64,000 nucleotides of DNA, taken from positions 124,103 to 188,102 of the forward strand of contig NIVC01002271.1 in assembly GCA_002269645.1 (NCBI GenBank), written 5' to 3'. The notes beneath the pieces are model-generated. The model saw only the letters and a program-made list of their open reading frames with translations. It was not told the DNA's origin and ran no database searches. This document shows, in pieces, positions 50,271 to 62,544 of this stretch (position 1 is its first letter; each line of letters begins with the position of its first letter). A program made the translations under genes and the position numbers. The stretch is from Macrostomum lignano. Taxonomy: Eukaryota.

Positions 50271-51073
50271 TGCGTTGGTGACAGAGTTCATGCGATGGAT
50301 ATATGCGATAGAACATGACACTAAAGCTGAGTGACTGCATGACTGGGCGAGATCGCGTGGGCGAGCACATGGTATTTAGGATGATTGCTAAAATGGAGAA
50401 TTAATTTTTCTTAGTCCTTTGAACGAGAATGGACTGACACAAGTGCATATGCGAGCCTACAAGTGCATAGAAACTGAAGCTTGGCGATGAGCAATGAAGC
50501 AAATATAACACGTGACAATTTTTCTGACACTTGAATAAAAGGTCAGGCATATGCGATTGCTGTCTCATCCAATTTTTTTTCTGTAGCTGTCGTCAAACAG
50601 TTTGATCTTCAGTCAATCAATCATGAACTGCTCTGAAAATAGACCCTCGATCCTACAGTTTTATGATTATTAACAATTGATAACTTGTCAAAGCTGCGCT
50701 AGCAAAGTCTCTAGAATGACAGAAATGGACTTTTATAATGATGAAATGAAACCTCAGTTTAGCAGCGAAGCCTAAAGAATCGAAAAAGTACATTAAGTTT
50801 TTAATTCAATCGCATACAAATGAGAGAGAGATAGAAGGACTAAACGACTGCTGCTGACTAGCCGATATGAATAGTCTATGGCCAAAGCTATTGATTCTGT
50901 CTGACTTTACCGACTAGTCCATGGCTTTCACCCCAGAGCGGTACAGTGCCGCTCGATGGCTCCACTATTTAAGCGAGCATCCAAGAGCGCTAAAAAGACA
51001 AAACCAACCAGTTAACTCCAAACACCTTTCATTATTCAACAAACAGACCGAGTATTACAGCATAGCAAGCATT

Positions 51074-51577
51074 ATGAAGTTCCAACTCGCATTGCCAATT
51101 GTCGCTCTGGTGCTAATCTCCACTGCTCTAATCTGCTCGGCTGCTTGGATACGGCCGCGCTCGGCTGCTGCATACGGGCCGCGCTCGGCTGCTCCGTTAA
51201 GGGGGCCGCGCTCGGCTGCTCCGTTAAGGGGGCCGCGCTCGGCTGCTGCATACGGGCCGCGCTCGGCTGCTCCGTTAAGGGGGCCGCGCTCGGCTGCTCC
51301 GTTAAGGGGGCCGCGCTCGGCTGCTCCGTTAAGGGGGCCGCGCTCGGCTGATATGGACGACGATTCTGAGCCTGATAACAACGTACTCTGCTGCGGTGCG
51401 ATCCCCAACCAAGGGCCAAGTGAGGACAGCTACTCAAACTACGTAGAAGAGTCTGTGGATTTTCAGGCGCCGGCTAAACGCGGACCGGAGAACATGTTAA
51501 TGCGCAAGTTTATCTGCGATTACTACAGGCATCACAACTGGAAACCGCCTGCCTATCTGAAGTGTCACCAAATGTGA
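51074..51577 (+). CDS. Secreted peptide precursor B (167 aa) with repeated SAAPLRGPR/SAAAYGPR units; predicted mature peptide GPENMLMRKFICDYYRHHNWKPPAYLKCHQM
   Basis: Signal-like MKFQLALPIVALVLISTALICSA; seven in-frame repeats; acidic spacer; KR site; C-x15-C peptide aligned without gaps to precursor A; AATAAA near 51659. Confidence 0.85.
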   Translation: MKFQLALPIVALVLISTALICSAAWIRPRSAAAYGPRSAAPLRGPRSAAPLRGPRSAAAYGPRSAAPLRGPRSAAPLRGPRSAAPLRGPRSADMDDDSEPDNNVLCCGAIPNQGPSEDSYSNYVEESVDFQAPAKRGPENMLMRKFICDYYRHHNWKPPAYLKCHQM

Positions 51578-52514
51578 GGTGGCGGCGATGACTGCCGCGA
51601 TAAAAGCCCGTTAAACACTGTAGTTATTGGGCGATAATGAGCACAACACTGCTACATAAATAAATTCAAACCAGAAATTTCGATCTAACAAGTCTCAAAA
51701 TATTTTCGATCTGCTTCCGTTCTTGCTTTTTTTATAGCCTGAGAGTGGCGAAAACTGAAACTGAATGACCTAATTCATCACAATATCGAAGGTACACGCG
51801 CTTGACTTCTGTTGAACATTTGTATACGCCCTGATCTTCAGTCTATGATGCTATATTATACATGCCGAAAGAAAATATTGTATCTGAGACAAAATTGGCT
51901 TTAATTTGTCAACACAAGCGAACATTTTTTTAACGCGCGTATATCGATGCTGATTGATTTGCTTGCTTTCGCTATAAAGTTGAATGCACGCTTTAACCAA
52001 TTTGGAAGGCCTAATTACGTTGTTTAAAGTTGAAATCTCCTCTGGAGAAAATGCAGAAACGACCGCGTCTTCTCAAAACCAGTTTCCGTAGTGATGCCTC
52101 TACCAGATCCACTACGTCAACCAGATTGTTTACTACGAGTATTAAGGACTACTAGCTGTCTTGAGTTTTACTTTAATTTACTTTGCGCCCCTTCATGAAG
52201 CCTATGCAATGGACAGATCCATTACATGACGTTTGGACGGTCCCAAATCAGCACATTTGAACAGATTTTACCTCGATGCCAAGATTGAGTGCATAGACTA
52301 GCAATGCATTGGTTAATTTGCATAGCCATAGCCATATCTATGTTTATATGATAAAATATATTATTGTCCATGGTCCAATTACGCTTGCACAACTGTGGAA
52401 AGAATTAATTAATTGTGCACCCGATTTCTTAACTTAGGACCACATTTGGACCATAGACAATGAGAAGCAAATCTTCTTTTAAAAAGAATCACCATACAAA
52501 ACATAACAGTTGCG

Positions 52515-52885
52515 TCATGTCAACCATAAAAGAATCGCCATGCCAACCATAAAAGAATCGCTATGTCAACTATAAAAGAATCGCTATGTCAACTATAAAA
52601 GAATCGCCATGCCAACCATAAAATAATCGCCATGCCAACTATAAAAGAATCGCCATGCCAACTATAAAAGAATCGCTATGTCAACCATAAAAGAATCGCT
52701 ATGTCAACCATAAAAGAATCGCCATGCCAACCATAAAAGAATCGCCATGCCAACCATAAAAGAATCGCCATGTCAACCATAAAAGAATCGCCATGTCAAC
52801 CATAAAAGACTCGCTATGTCAACTATAAAAGAATCGCCATGTCAACCATAAAAGAATCGCTATGTCAACTATAAAAAAATCGCCG
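52515..52885. repeat. 23-bp minisatellite (AAAAGAATCGCCATGCCAACCAT)n
   Basis: About 16 units. Confidence 0.93.
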
Positions 52886-53721
52886 TATTAAATAGGTAGC
52901 TGAACGGCTCATTTGGCTTGGAAACTGCCAAATTTAGTATTACAATAATGATCAGAAATCGATTAGAAATTTCCACTGTTATAACATAAGCAGAAAATGT
53001 ATATGAAAATGAGAAATTAAGAAATTTATGCAAAAACCAGAATTAAAGTAAAAGACATCGTTTGATTTATACAAAACGGATATAATTCTTTTTTAAAAAG
53101 CTCAACCTAGCATTACTCATCTTAATCAATATATACTACTGCTGCAAATGCCAATGATCTGAAACCAAGCTTCACTTATATTTAGTTTAAAAAATCACTC
53201 ACACGACACATATTGAATAAAAAACTACAAATTTACTAATTCTACTAACTATAGTAATGGTGAAATAATTATGTATAATAAAAACAACGTTGCTTGCAAT
53301 GAAAGCGCTACGTTCAACAAAAAATATATAGTATTGAGACTTTATTATCTGTTGTGTATTTTAATGCTAAATAAACTGCTTGAATTATTTTAGCATTCTA
53401 CGAGTAGAATTACAAATCTGACATAAATATTATGTACATAACAAATAGAAACTATTTACAGAGCAATACTGTCTGCAGATGTATGTTTGATATAAATGAA
53501 TAAATATTATAAATATTTATATTGGTGTAAATAAAGAACAGATTTTAACTGTGTAAAAAACATTTTCTGAACTCGTTCTTTTGTCAAAGCAAACCCACGG
53601 GACCGACTACACACAAATTAATGTGAGAAAATTTACTTGTGATGCGGTTGTGTGTGTGGTTTAGATGATTTGCTTATTGTTATGCGATCTTTATTGGAAT
53701 CAAGCGACTGAGTGGGGTCAC

Positions 53722-54145
53722 AACTGAAGGATCAGGGAGGGTAACTGAAGGATCAGGGAGGGTAACTAAAGGATCAGGGAGGGTAACTGAAGGATCAGGG
53801 AGGGTAACTGAAGGATCAGGGAGGGTAACTGAAGGATCAGGGAGGGTAACTAAAGGATCAGGGAGGGTAACTGAAGGATCAGGGAGGGTAACTGAAGGAT
53901 CAGGGAGGGTAACTGAAGGATCAGGGAGGGTAACTGAAGGATCAGGGAGGGTAACTGAAGGATCAGGAACGGGTAAAAGGGGGGCATAACTGAAGGATCA
54001 GGCAGGGTAGCAGGTGTCATAACTGAAGGATCAGGGAGGGTAGCAGGTGTCATAACTGAAGGATCAGGGAGGGTAGCAGGTGTCATAACTGAAGGATCAG
54101 GGAGGGTAGCAGGTGTCATAACTGAAGGATCAGGGAGGGTAGCAG
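53722..54145. repeat. 21-bp minisatellite (AACTGAAGGATCAGGGAGGGT)n switching to a 33-bp variant
   Basis: About 11 short units, then about 5 units extended by AGCAGGTGTCAT. Confidence 0.93.
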
Positions 54146-54684
54146 GATTTAGAGTACATCAAATATAAAAGCGGCCTGACTTTCACAAATATTAGACTTT
54201 ATTCAGCAGGTACAGAAAAAGCAGAACTGGATAAGAAAAAAGCAACAGCTATCAAATGAAAAAAGTTAATTACAGAAGAAAATGATTTCATATCTGAAAA
54301 GCTACATGCTTCTAAATAAATTTACAACATCAACTCAACCAACATGTTGAAGTTGGCATCCCGAAACCACTGGTCAAGAAGTGGCGGCAATAATCCAAAT
54401 CTAGCCATTGTTCTCTAGTCTAAAGCCAGGTGTCTCATGACGCAAATTGCATCACCTAAGATAAAAACCGAATTGCGTCACCTAGGGCTGAGGTCTGAGA
54501 AGAGTTACTTGACCACTGATTTCGGGGTTGGGAACTTTAACCTGTTGCTGAGTGCAGATATGAAGAAGAATTGCTGAATTCCCAACCGACGTACTGTACA
54601 ATATTAGACAACAGTTTAACAAAAACTCGTATGAGACAGAAATAGATATTATGTACATTTCCTCTTTAAAGTGGCGGACACAAT

Positions 54685-55192
54685 CTGAGACACACAGAGG
54701 TCAGTGGCGGGCACAAACTCAAACACACGGAGGTCAGTGGCGGACACAAACTCAAACACACGAAGGTCAGTGGCGGACACAAACTCAAACACACGGAGGT
54801 CAGTGGCGGACACAAACTCAAACACACGGAGGTCAGTGGCGGACACAAACTCAAACACACGAAGGTCAGTGGCGGACACAAACTCAAACACACGGAGGTC
54901 AGTGGCGGACACAAACTCAAACACACGAAGGTCAGTGGCGGACACAAACTCAGACACACGGAGGTCAGTGGCGGACACAAACTCAAACACACGAAGGTCA
55001 GTGGCGGACACAAACTCAAACACACGAAGGTCAGTGGCGGACACAAACTCAAACACACGGAGGTCAGTGGCGGACACAAACTCAAACACACGGAGGTCAG
55101 TGGTGGACACAAACTCAGACACACGGAGGTCAGTGGCGGACACAAACTCAAACACACGGAGGTCAGTGGCGGACACAAACTCAAACACACGG
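54685..55192. repeat. 33-bp minisatellite (GGTCAGTGGCGGACACAAACTCAAACACACGGA)n
   Basis: About 15 units; open in several frames on both strands. Confidence 0.95.
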
Positions 55193-55268
55193 GGATCAAA
55201 AGTTTAAGACAGCTATAAAAAATGAATCAAAATGATACCAGATCATGTCAATCATCTGTCAGTGTGAA

Positions 55269-58200
55269 TCAAAGGAAGGCAACGGCCTCTTCGCCTTCAG
55301 TGTCAACTTTGGAATTATAAGACTTTCTCCGTGGTCGCTTTCGTGCACCTTGTTGTCGAGGGCATCGACTACCGGAGCTTGCCGCACCAGAGGCAGCGGC
55401 GCCGTCATCCGTGTCGGCTTGTCGACGATTGACAGTTGAGGTTGTCGGCGGCTCGGTCGTGGACGCCGAGGCAGCAAGGGCCGCATGACGGCAGAGAAGT
55501 GGATCCAGCTGCGCGGTAGATAAATAGATAGAGAAGCTATTCTTAGTATATATGGTTTGTAGGCTAATGATTGCTCTAAACTGTAGGCTAATGATTGCTC
55601 TAAACTGTAGGCTAATGATTGCTCTAAACTGTAGGCTAATGATTGCTCTAAATTGTAGGCTAATGATTGCAATAAACTGTAGGCTGATGATTGCTCTAAA
55701 CTGTAGGCTAATGATTGCTCTAAACTGTAGGCTAATGATTGCTCTAAACTGTAGGCTAATGATTGCTCTAAACTGTAGGCTAATGATTGCTCTAAACTGT
55801 AGGCTAATGATTGCTCTAAACTGTAGGCTAATGATTGCTCTAAATTGTAGGCTAATGATTGCAATAAACTGTAGGCTAATTCTAGCAGTTTCCCACCTTA
55901 GTCAGCTGTTTATTAAATTTAACGCAGGCCGGTTGGCGTTGACAGAATCTCCTGATGCCAATGTAAACAAAAACGGTAAGAACCGGCGCGCCAGACAGCA
56001 GACAGCCGACAGCAATTAACAGAGCGCCTTCACTGCTGCTACTACTGGCAGTAACATGAGTGTTAGACCAAGAGGAATGAGAATACGCCAGACACGATGA
56101 CGCAATCGCCGCAGCGGCTAAAACAGCCAACATAGTTGATAACAAAACGCTATAAATGATTACAGCGGACTTTTGATGCCGGCTAATAGTTTTTCGCTTT
56201 TTGATCGGCTGTAGCAGAGCTCGGACGGACAATCCCAGACCGGCCAAACCAACCAGCGCAACCAGTCCGCGCAACGAGGCCAGCAAAGCAAAATTGAAAC
56301 TAGACGTGGTTGCTAAGCTAAAGCAGAAGACCAGCGCAAGCACTGCAACACCTGCTAAGGTTAACAGGCAGCCAAGTAGCAGGGACAGAAAGCACGAAGG
56401 TTGAGGCGGTTGTTTCTGAGCAACTAAATTAGCTGCTAAGGTGAACTCGGCCACCGAGCCAATTAGCGGCCAGCCAATCAATCCGCATAGCAACGGCATA
56501 GCAACGCCAGTTAGCGACAAAGCCAGGTGCAAACCGCCAATTCTGACGCTGGTCGATTCCGAATCAGCCGAGAGTCGGCGAAGCCAGCAGACGGCGGATT
56601 CGACTAGCAGCAGGACGGCGGCGCCGGCCCCGGCAAACACGGCGCCAGCGTGACCGGCAATTCCGGCGTGGCTAACCGCTCCGCTGCCGGTTAGCAACGG
56701 TTGCCATGGTAGCCAGACGAGACTACTACTACGATTGCTAGTAGTATGAGAAGACGAATAATTTCCTGTGTCATTATTAACTGCGACAATAGCATCTGTT
56801 TCTGGCATGCCGACAATGGTTGCTATGATGAGCACGGTTACCATAGCAACCGTCCAGGCAACAAGTTTGCCGAGAAGTTTTCGAACAGACGCATCAATCA
56901 AATCAAACTGACGGCACGAGTGGCGCAATTGAGTTGCCAAGGCGACCACTGCGAAGCAGACCAGAGAAACGGCGGGAGAATCCAAAGACCCAATGGTCCA
57001 CGATAGCAACAGCATTCCAGTGAATCCCCTAGCAACGCGCTGGGAACAGCTGTAATGCTGTACAAGCAATTCGACGGCGCCAAAAGCAGACAGCCTGCAG
57101 ACCAGATAGCGCAATAAAAGCAGCACAATGGCCGGAATGTGGTCCAGTTTTGGCCCAGCCCAACCGCTAGTGATGCAATTGCAGCTTCAATTGTTAGCGC
57201 CGCAGATGACGGTCCCAGTACAATAGCTAGCCTGTTGCCATAGCAACCGGGCGGGAACAGGACGGAGACTAGCAACTGGGCTAGTCCGGCAGTAAGCACC
57301 GCCAACCCAGCCCCAATGCCTCGCCGATAACCGGCCAATGGAGCAAAAACTGAAGCCCCCGCTGCTGACCAAACCAATAAGCAAATTGAGAATAGACTCA
57401 ACAATTTTACAAGTTGCCATTTTCCAAGCTGACGGATACTTCTATCGGCAGTAGTGCTGTCAGTAGTAGATTTCCTACAGATGCGTTGAATATCGGTTAG
57501 CAGTCCAACAGGTTTAGTCTGGCTAGCTTTATCCATTGATGAAGAACAATCCAACAGTTCAACAGCAGTTGGCATCTGTTCCACTGCAATCAGCTCCGCT
57601 ACCGCTTCGCTAGGCCACACAGCCGGAGGCGAAGGCATCAGCACGGCCGAGTCTAAGAAAGCGTGCAAACTTTGCACCAGTTCGCGCCTCGGCCGCCTTC
57701 TGCCAGCCAGTCTGGCCAACTGTGGCTGCTGCATTTGTTGATCAATGTCGCGCAGCTGACGCCGGAATTCCGCATCGCCGCATAGGCAGGCAAACAGGCG
57801 ACCGACTTGGCGACAGCTGGTTAGAAACAGGCAGCGGACTGGTAGACTGCCGGTCAGTGTGGGCCACGGCATTGGCGAACGGAGATGGCAGAGCAGCAGC
57901 ACAGATTGCTGGCTAGTCAGATCCGGCAGGTTCTCTGCCACTAGCACTAGAATGGCTTCACTAGCAGTTATTGGTGTTGCCGGGCCCCGCCTGACAAAAC
58001 TTCCATTGCCAAGCAGTTTCAAAGCTTCGGCAACAGTGCCTGGACTATCCAAGGTGGCCTGCGCCGATGACAGAAGCGGCTCCAGACGGCATACGTTAAC
58101 TAGATAATTGACAAATCTAGATTCGGCGTTATCTTCCACGTCCGCATCGACATCGGTGGTTAAAACTGGTGGTATATCGACGCCTAACCGTAGCGAGCCA

Positions 58201-61200
58201 ACCTCCAAGTGCTGACGGAATTGTACAATAGCGTGAAATTGCAGCACGGCAGACATTGGCTTGGACCAGTGGCTGTCCTGCCCACATCCATCATCTTCAT
58301 CGCTGTCGTTGTCAGTTGAGTCGTCTGTAGCATCTGAGTCTTTGTTCAATATAATTCTTCTCTCGTATTGACCAGACCAACGAGAGGTTTCTAGCCAATA
58401 GAAATCAGTCAGCTGAGTTGCCTGCTCCTGGCTTGGGGTGAGCTCGTAAGTGAGCACCTGGGTCTGGAGAGACACGGGTTCAGGATTCTTTAGCAAACTC
58501 TTCTGATAATCTGCCTGTCCGCTCCTTCCTCAGTCCCTGAATCTGCCTCTCCGCTCCTTCCTCAGTCCCTGAATCTGCCTCTCCGACACCTTCCTCAGCC
58601 CCTGAATCTGCCTCTCCGCCCTTCCTCAGCCCCTAAATCTGCCTCTCCGCCCCTTCCTCAGTCCCCGAATCTGCCTCTCCGCCCTTCCTCAGCCCCTAAA
58701 TCTGCCTCTCCGCCCTTTCCTCAGTCCCCGAATCTGCCTCTCCGCCCCTTCCTCAGTCCCTGAAACTGCCTCTCCGCCCCTTCCTCAGCCCTTGAATCTG
58801 CCTCTCCGCTCCTTCCTCAGTCCCTGAATCTGCCTCTCCGCTCCTTCCTCAGTCCCTGAATCTGCCTCTCCGCCCCTTCCTCAGTCCCTGAATCTGCCTC
58901 TCCGCCCGTTCCTCAGCCCCAGAATCTGCCTCTCCGCCCTTCCTCAGCCCCTAAATCTGCCTCTCCGCCCCTTCCTCAGCCCCTGAATCTGCCTCTCCGC
59001 CCCTTCCTCAGCCCCTGAATCTGCCTCTCCGCCCCTTCCTCAGCCCCTAAATCTGCCTCTCCGCCCCTTCCTCAGTCCCCGAATCCGCCTCTCCGCCCCT
59101 TCCTCAGTCCCCGAATCCGCCTCTCCGCTATCTCTCAGTCCCTGAATCTGCCTCCAGCACAGATATAATCGAGCACAAACAAACCTCAGGTAGCGCAGGA
59201 GCAGGCGACCCAGGCTCATCAAAATCTTCATCCTCAACCGATAGCTGCTGGCGCAGGTCTCCAGTGTCCTGCACGCTGTCAACAGTGGCCGAAGATGCAG
59301 ACGCTGGCGTCAGCAGAGCCGGCTCCGATCTGCACCCAAATCCGTGAGCATCAGCTGGCCTACTGGTGCCGCCAGCAGACGAGAAGCAGCGCTGCACGGA
59401 GGCCGAGCAAGCCAATGCCGGGCTGATCTTATGCCGGCGCATTGCGTGCAGATCGTCAAATCTGTGACTTTTCACATTGTCCTGGTCCAGCTCGCCCAGC
59501 TGCGAAGCCTCCTCAGGGTCTAAGAAAAACTCCTCCATTAGAATCTCGTTGCCGGAGAATGTGCGCCTGGCGAGGTCCAGCGGTGTGTAGCAATCTGACC
59601 GCTGCTGGTGCTGCTGGGATGAAGCTCTTCGACGGTGATGATGCTGCTGATGCTGGACTTCGGAAGCTGATTCAGCATCTGAGGATTGGGGTAAATATAA
59701 ATCTATAGGAATCCTGTAGATTTGGGACTGGAAATCCTGTAGATTTGGGATTGGGAATCTTGCAGATTTGGGATTGGGAATCCTGTAGATTTGGGGATCA
59801 GGAATCCTGTAGATTTGGGAGTGGGAATCCTGTAGATTTGGGACTGGAAATCCTGTAGATTTGGGATTGGAAATCCTGTAGATCTGAGGAATCGGGAATC
59901 CTGTAGATTTGGGACTGGAAATCCTGTAGATTTGGGATTGGAAATCCTGTAGATTTGAGGAATCGGGAATCCTGTAGATTTGGGATTGGAAATCCTGTAG
60001 ATTTGGGATTGGGAATCCTGTAGATTTGGGAGTGGGAATCCTGTAGATTTGGGATTGGAAATCCTGTAGATTTGGGACTGGAAATCCTGTAGATTTGGGA
60101 TTGGAAATCCTGTAGATTTGGGACTGGAAATCCTGTAGATTTGGGATTGGGAATCTTGCAGATTTGGGATTGGGAATCCTGTAGATTTGGGACTGGAAAT
60201 CCTGTAGATTTGGGATTGGAAATCCTGTAGATTTGAGGAATCGGGAATCCTGTAGATTTGGGGATCAGGAATCCTGTAGATTTGGGGATCAGGAATCCTG
60301 TAGATTTGGGGATCAGGAATCCTGTAGATTTGGGAGTGGAAATCCTGTAGATTTGGGATTGGGAATCTTGTAGATTTGGGGAACGGGAATCCTGTAGATT
60401 TGGGGATCAGGAATCCTGTAGATTTGGGATTGGGAATCCTGTAGATTTGGGATTGGGAATCCTGTAGATTTGGGGATCGGGAATCCTGTAGATTTGGGAT
60501 TGGGAATCCTGTAGATTTGGGATTGGAAATCCTGTAGATTTGGGATTGGGAATCCTGTAGATTTGGGATTGGGAATCCTGTAGACTCGGGATTGGAAATC
60601 CTGTAGATTTGAGGAATCGGGAATCCTGTAGATTTGGGATTGGAAATTCTGTAGATTTGGGATTGGGAATCCTGTAGATTTGGGATTGGAAATTCTGTAG
60701 ATTTGGGATTGGGAATCCTGTAGATTTGGGATTGGGAATCCTGTAGATTTGGGATTGGGAATCCTGTAGACTCGGGATTGGAAATCCTGTAGATTTGAGG
60801 AATCGGGAATCCTGTAGATTTGGGATTGGAAATTCTGTAGATTTGGGATTGGGAATCCTGTAGATTTGGGGATCGGGAATCCTGTAGATTTGGGACTGGG
60901 AATCCTGTAGATTTGGGATTGGGAATCCTGTAGATTTGGAATCATGAATCATGAATTATGGACTTGGGATGTGGGATCAGGGAATCCTCATAGGCTTGAG
61001 ATGTGGGATCAGGGAATCCCTATAGGCTTGGGATGTGGGATCAGGGAATCCCCATAGGCTTGGGATGTGGGATCAGGGAATCCTCATAGGCTTGAGATGT
61101 GGGATCAGGGAATCCCTATAGGCTTGGGATGTGGGATCAGGGAATCCCCATAGGCTTGAGATGTGGGATCAGGGAATCCCCATAGGCTTGGGATGTGGGA

Positions 61201-62544
61201 TCAGGGAATCCTCATAGGCTTGGGATGTGGGATCATAGGGCTTAGCTCATCAAAACATCAGTAAGCAAGCTCACATACCCGAACTGAATCCATCTCCGCC
61301 AACAAAGAATTTCACAACGCTTGCTGATGCGGTTGGTTCCATTGTCTCCGGCCCCGTCTCCCAATCAGAGTCCATGACGGCGGCTTTGCTCTGCTGCTGT
61401 TCCGGTCCATCGGATGCCAAGGACTCGTCCTGCAGTTGCGGCACGGCCGTTGAAGAGGACTTGCGACTCAGGGTAGCGCTGGACCCGTTTTTAGTAGCCT
61501 TAGGAAGCCCTGATAAGTCAGCCAATCCCAGATCCTCGCTGGCAACGGAGTCGCGATGCAGCATCGGCGAGCTGAAATGTCATCGTTAAGTTTTGTTTGG
61601 AGAGTTTTTATAATTAGGCTGGAAATTTCACCTAGACTTTAATAAACTGCGGTCCTTATTCCCAGAGGGATAAATAAGGACTGGGATCTGTAGTAAAAAA
61701 GAAAATAGTGAGAAATTCAGGAATCCCAAAAAATATTGAGATCAGAAATCCCTAAAGGGTTGGAATCAGTAATCCCTAAATTTTTGAAATCAGGAATCTC
61801 TAAAGGGTTTGGCCCAGGAGTCCCTACAATTGTTGGGATCAGGAATACCTAAAGGGATGGGATCAGGAATACCTAAAGGGATGGGATCAGGAATACCTAA
61901 AGGGATGGGATCAGGAATCCCCAAAATTGTTGGGACCAGGAACCCTTAAAATATAGGGATCAGGAAGCCCAAAAAGGTTGGGATCAGGAATCCTTAAAAT
62001 ATAGGGATCAAGAAGCCCAAAAAGGTTGGGATCAGGAAACCCAAAAGGGATGGGATCAGGAATCCATAAAGGGATGGGATCAGGAATCCATAAAATTGTT
62101 GGGATCAAGAACCCCTAAAGATTAGGATCAGAGATCCCAAATCCCTCACCAAGAAGCTGCACCGGAGTCGCCAGAAGCAACCGACCCAGTTCGATCATCG
62201 CAGTCTCCAGCGTCGCCTTCCAATCGCTCAACAGGCTGCCGTTTCTCTTCGTCGACAGCCTCCTCTGCTGCCGCCTCCTCCAGCTGGCAGCACTCGTTTA
62301 AATTGTCCAGCGTCGGTTGAAACGGCTCCAACACGTGCACTTTCCCTCGCTTGCTGCCGCCGCCGGAGCCACTGCCGCCTCCGCCGTCGCCGCTGCTGCC
62401 TCGACTTCGTCTACGCCGATTCCGACGTGACACGGCCATTTCAACGACGTCGTCGAAATCTAACGGGCCAGCGTTTTCATTTGTCACGGGCTTAGTATTA
62501 GTAGTATGAGTCGCAGTTGGCGAGACCGGCTGCGATCGAATCAC
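55269..62544 (-). CDS. SLC4-like: Divergent SLC4 (Band 3/anion exchanger family) transporter; exons about 62544-62150, 61571-61279, 59678-59185, 58502-55897, 55508-55269; one 1-nt frameshift at 57082-57085; start uncertain
   Basis: All four introns are GT-AG and phase-consistent. Motifs: KSHRFDDLHAMRRH (AE2/3 KSHRFEDVPGVRRH), WLETSRW, HWSKPMSAVLQFHAIVQFR, PVRCLFL, RQVGRLFACL, AFLDSAVLMP, GLLTDIQR, LLVESAV, GGLHLAL, LTK|LDPLL. One extra T in the T4 run joins the two large ORFs. Confidence 0.82.
55555..55880. repeat. 24-bp intronic minisatellite (CTGTAGGCTAATGATTGCTCTAAA)n
   Basis: About 13 units in the last SLC4-like intron. Confidence 0.95.
58515..59150. repeat. About 32-bp intronic minisatellite (CTCAGTCCCTGAATCTGCCTCTCCGCTCCTTC)n
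   Basis: About 19 units between acceptor 58503 and donor 59184. Confidence 0.95.
59710..61235. repeat. Two adjacent intronic arrays: 23-24 bp (GGGAATCCTGTAGATTTGGGATT)n at 59710-60945 and about 32 bp (GGGATGTGGGATCAGGGAATCCCCATAGGCTT)n at 60960-61235
   Basis: Both lie within intron 59679-61278. Confidence 0.95.
61740..62140. repeat. Degenerate GGGATCAGGAAT-core intronic repeat
   Basis: Variable 22-24 bp units in intron 61572-62149. Confidence 0.85.
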
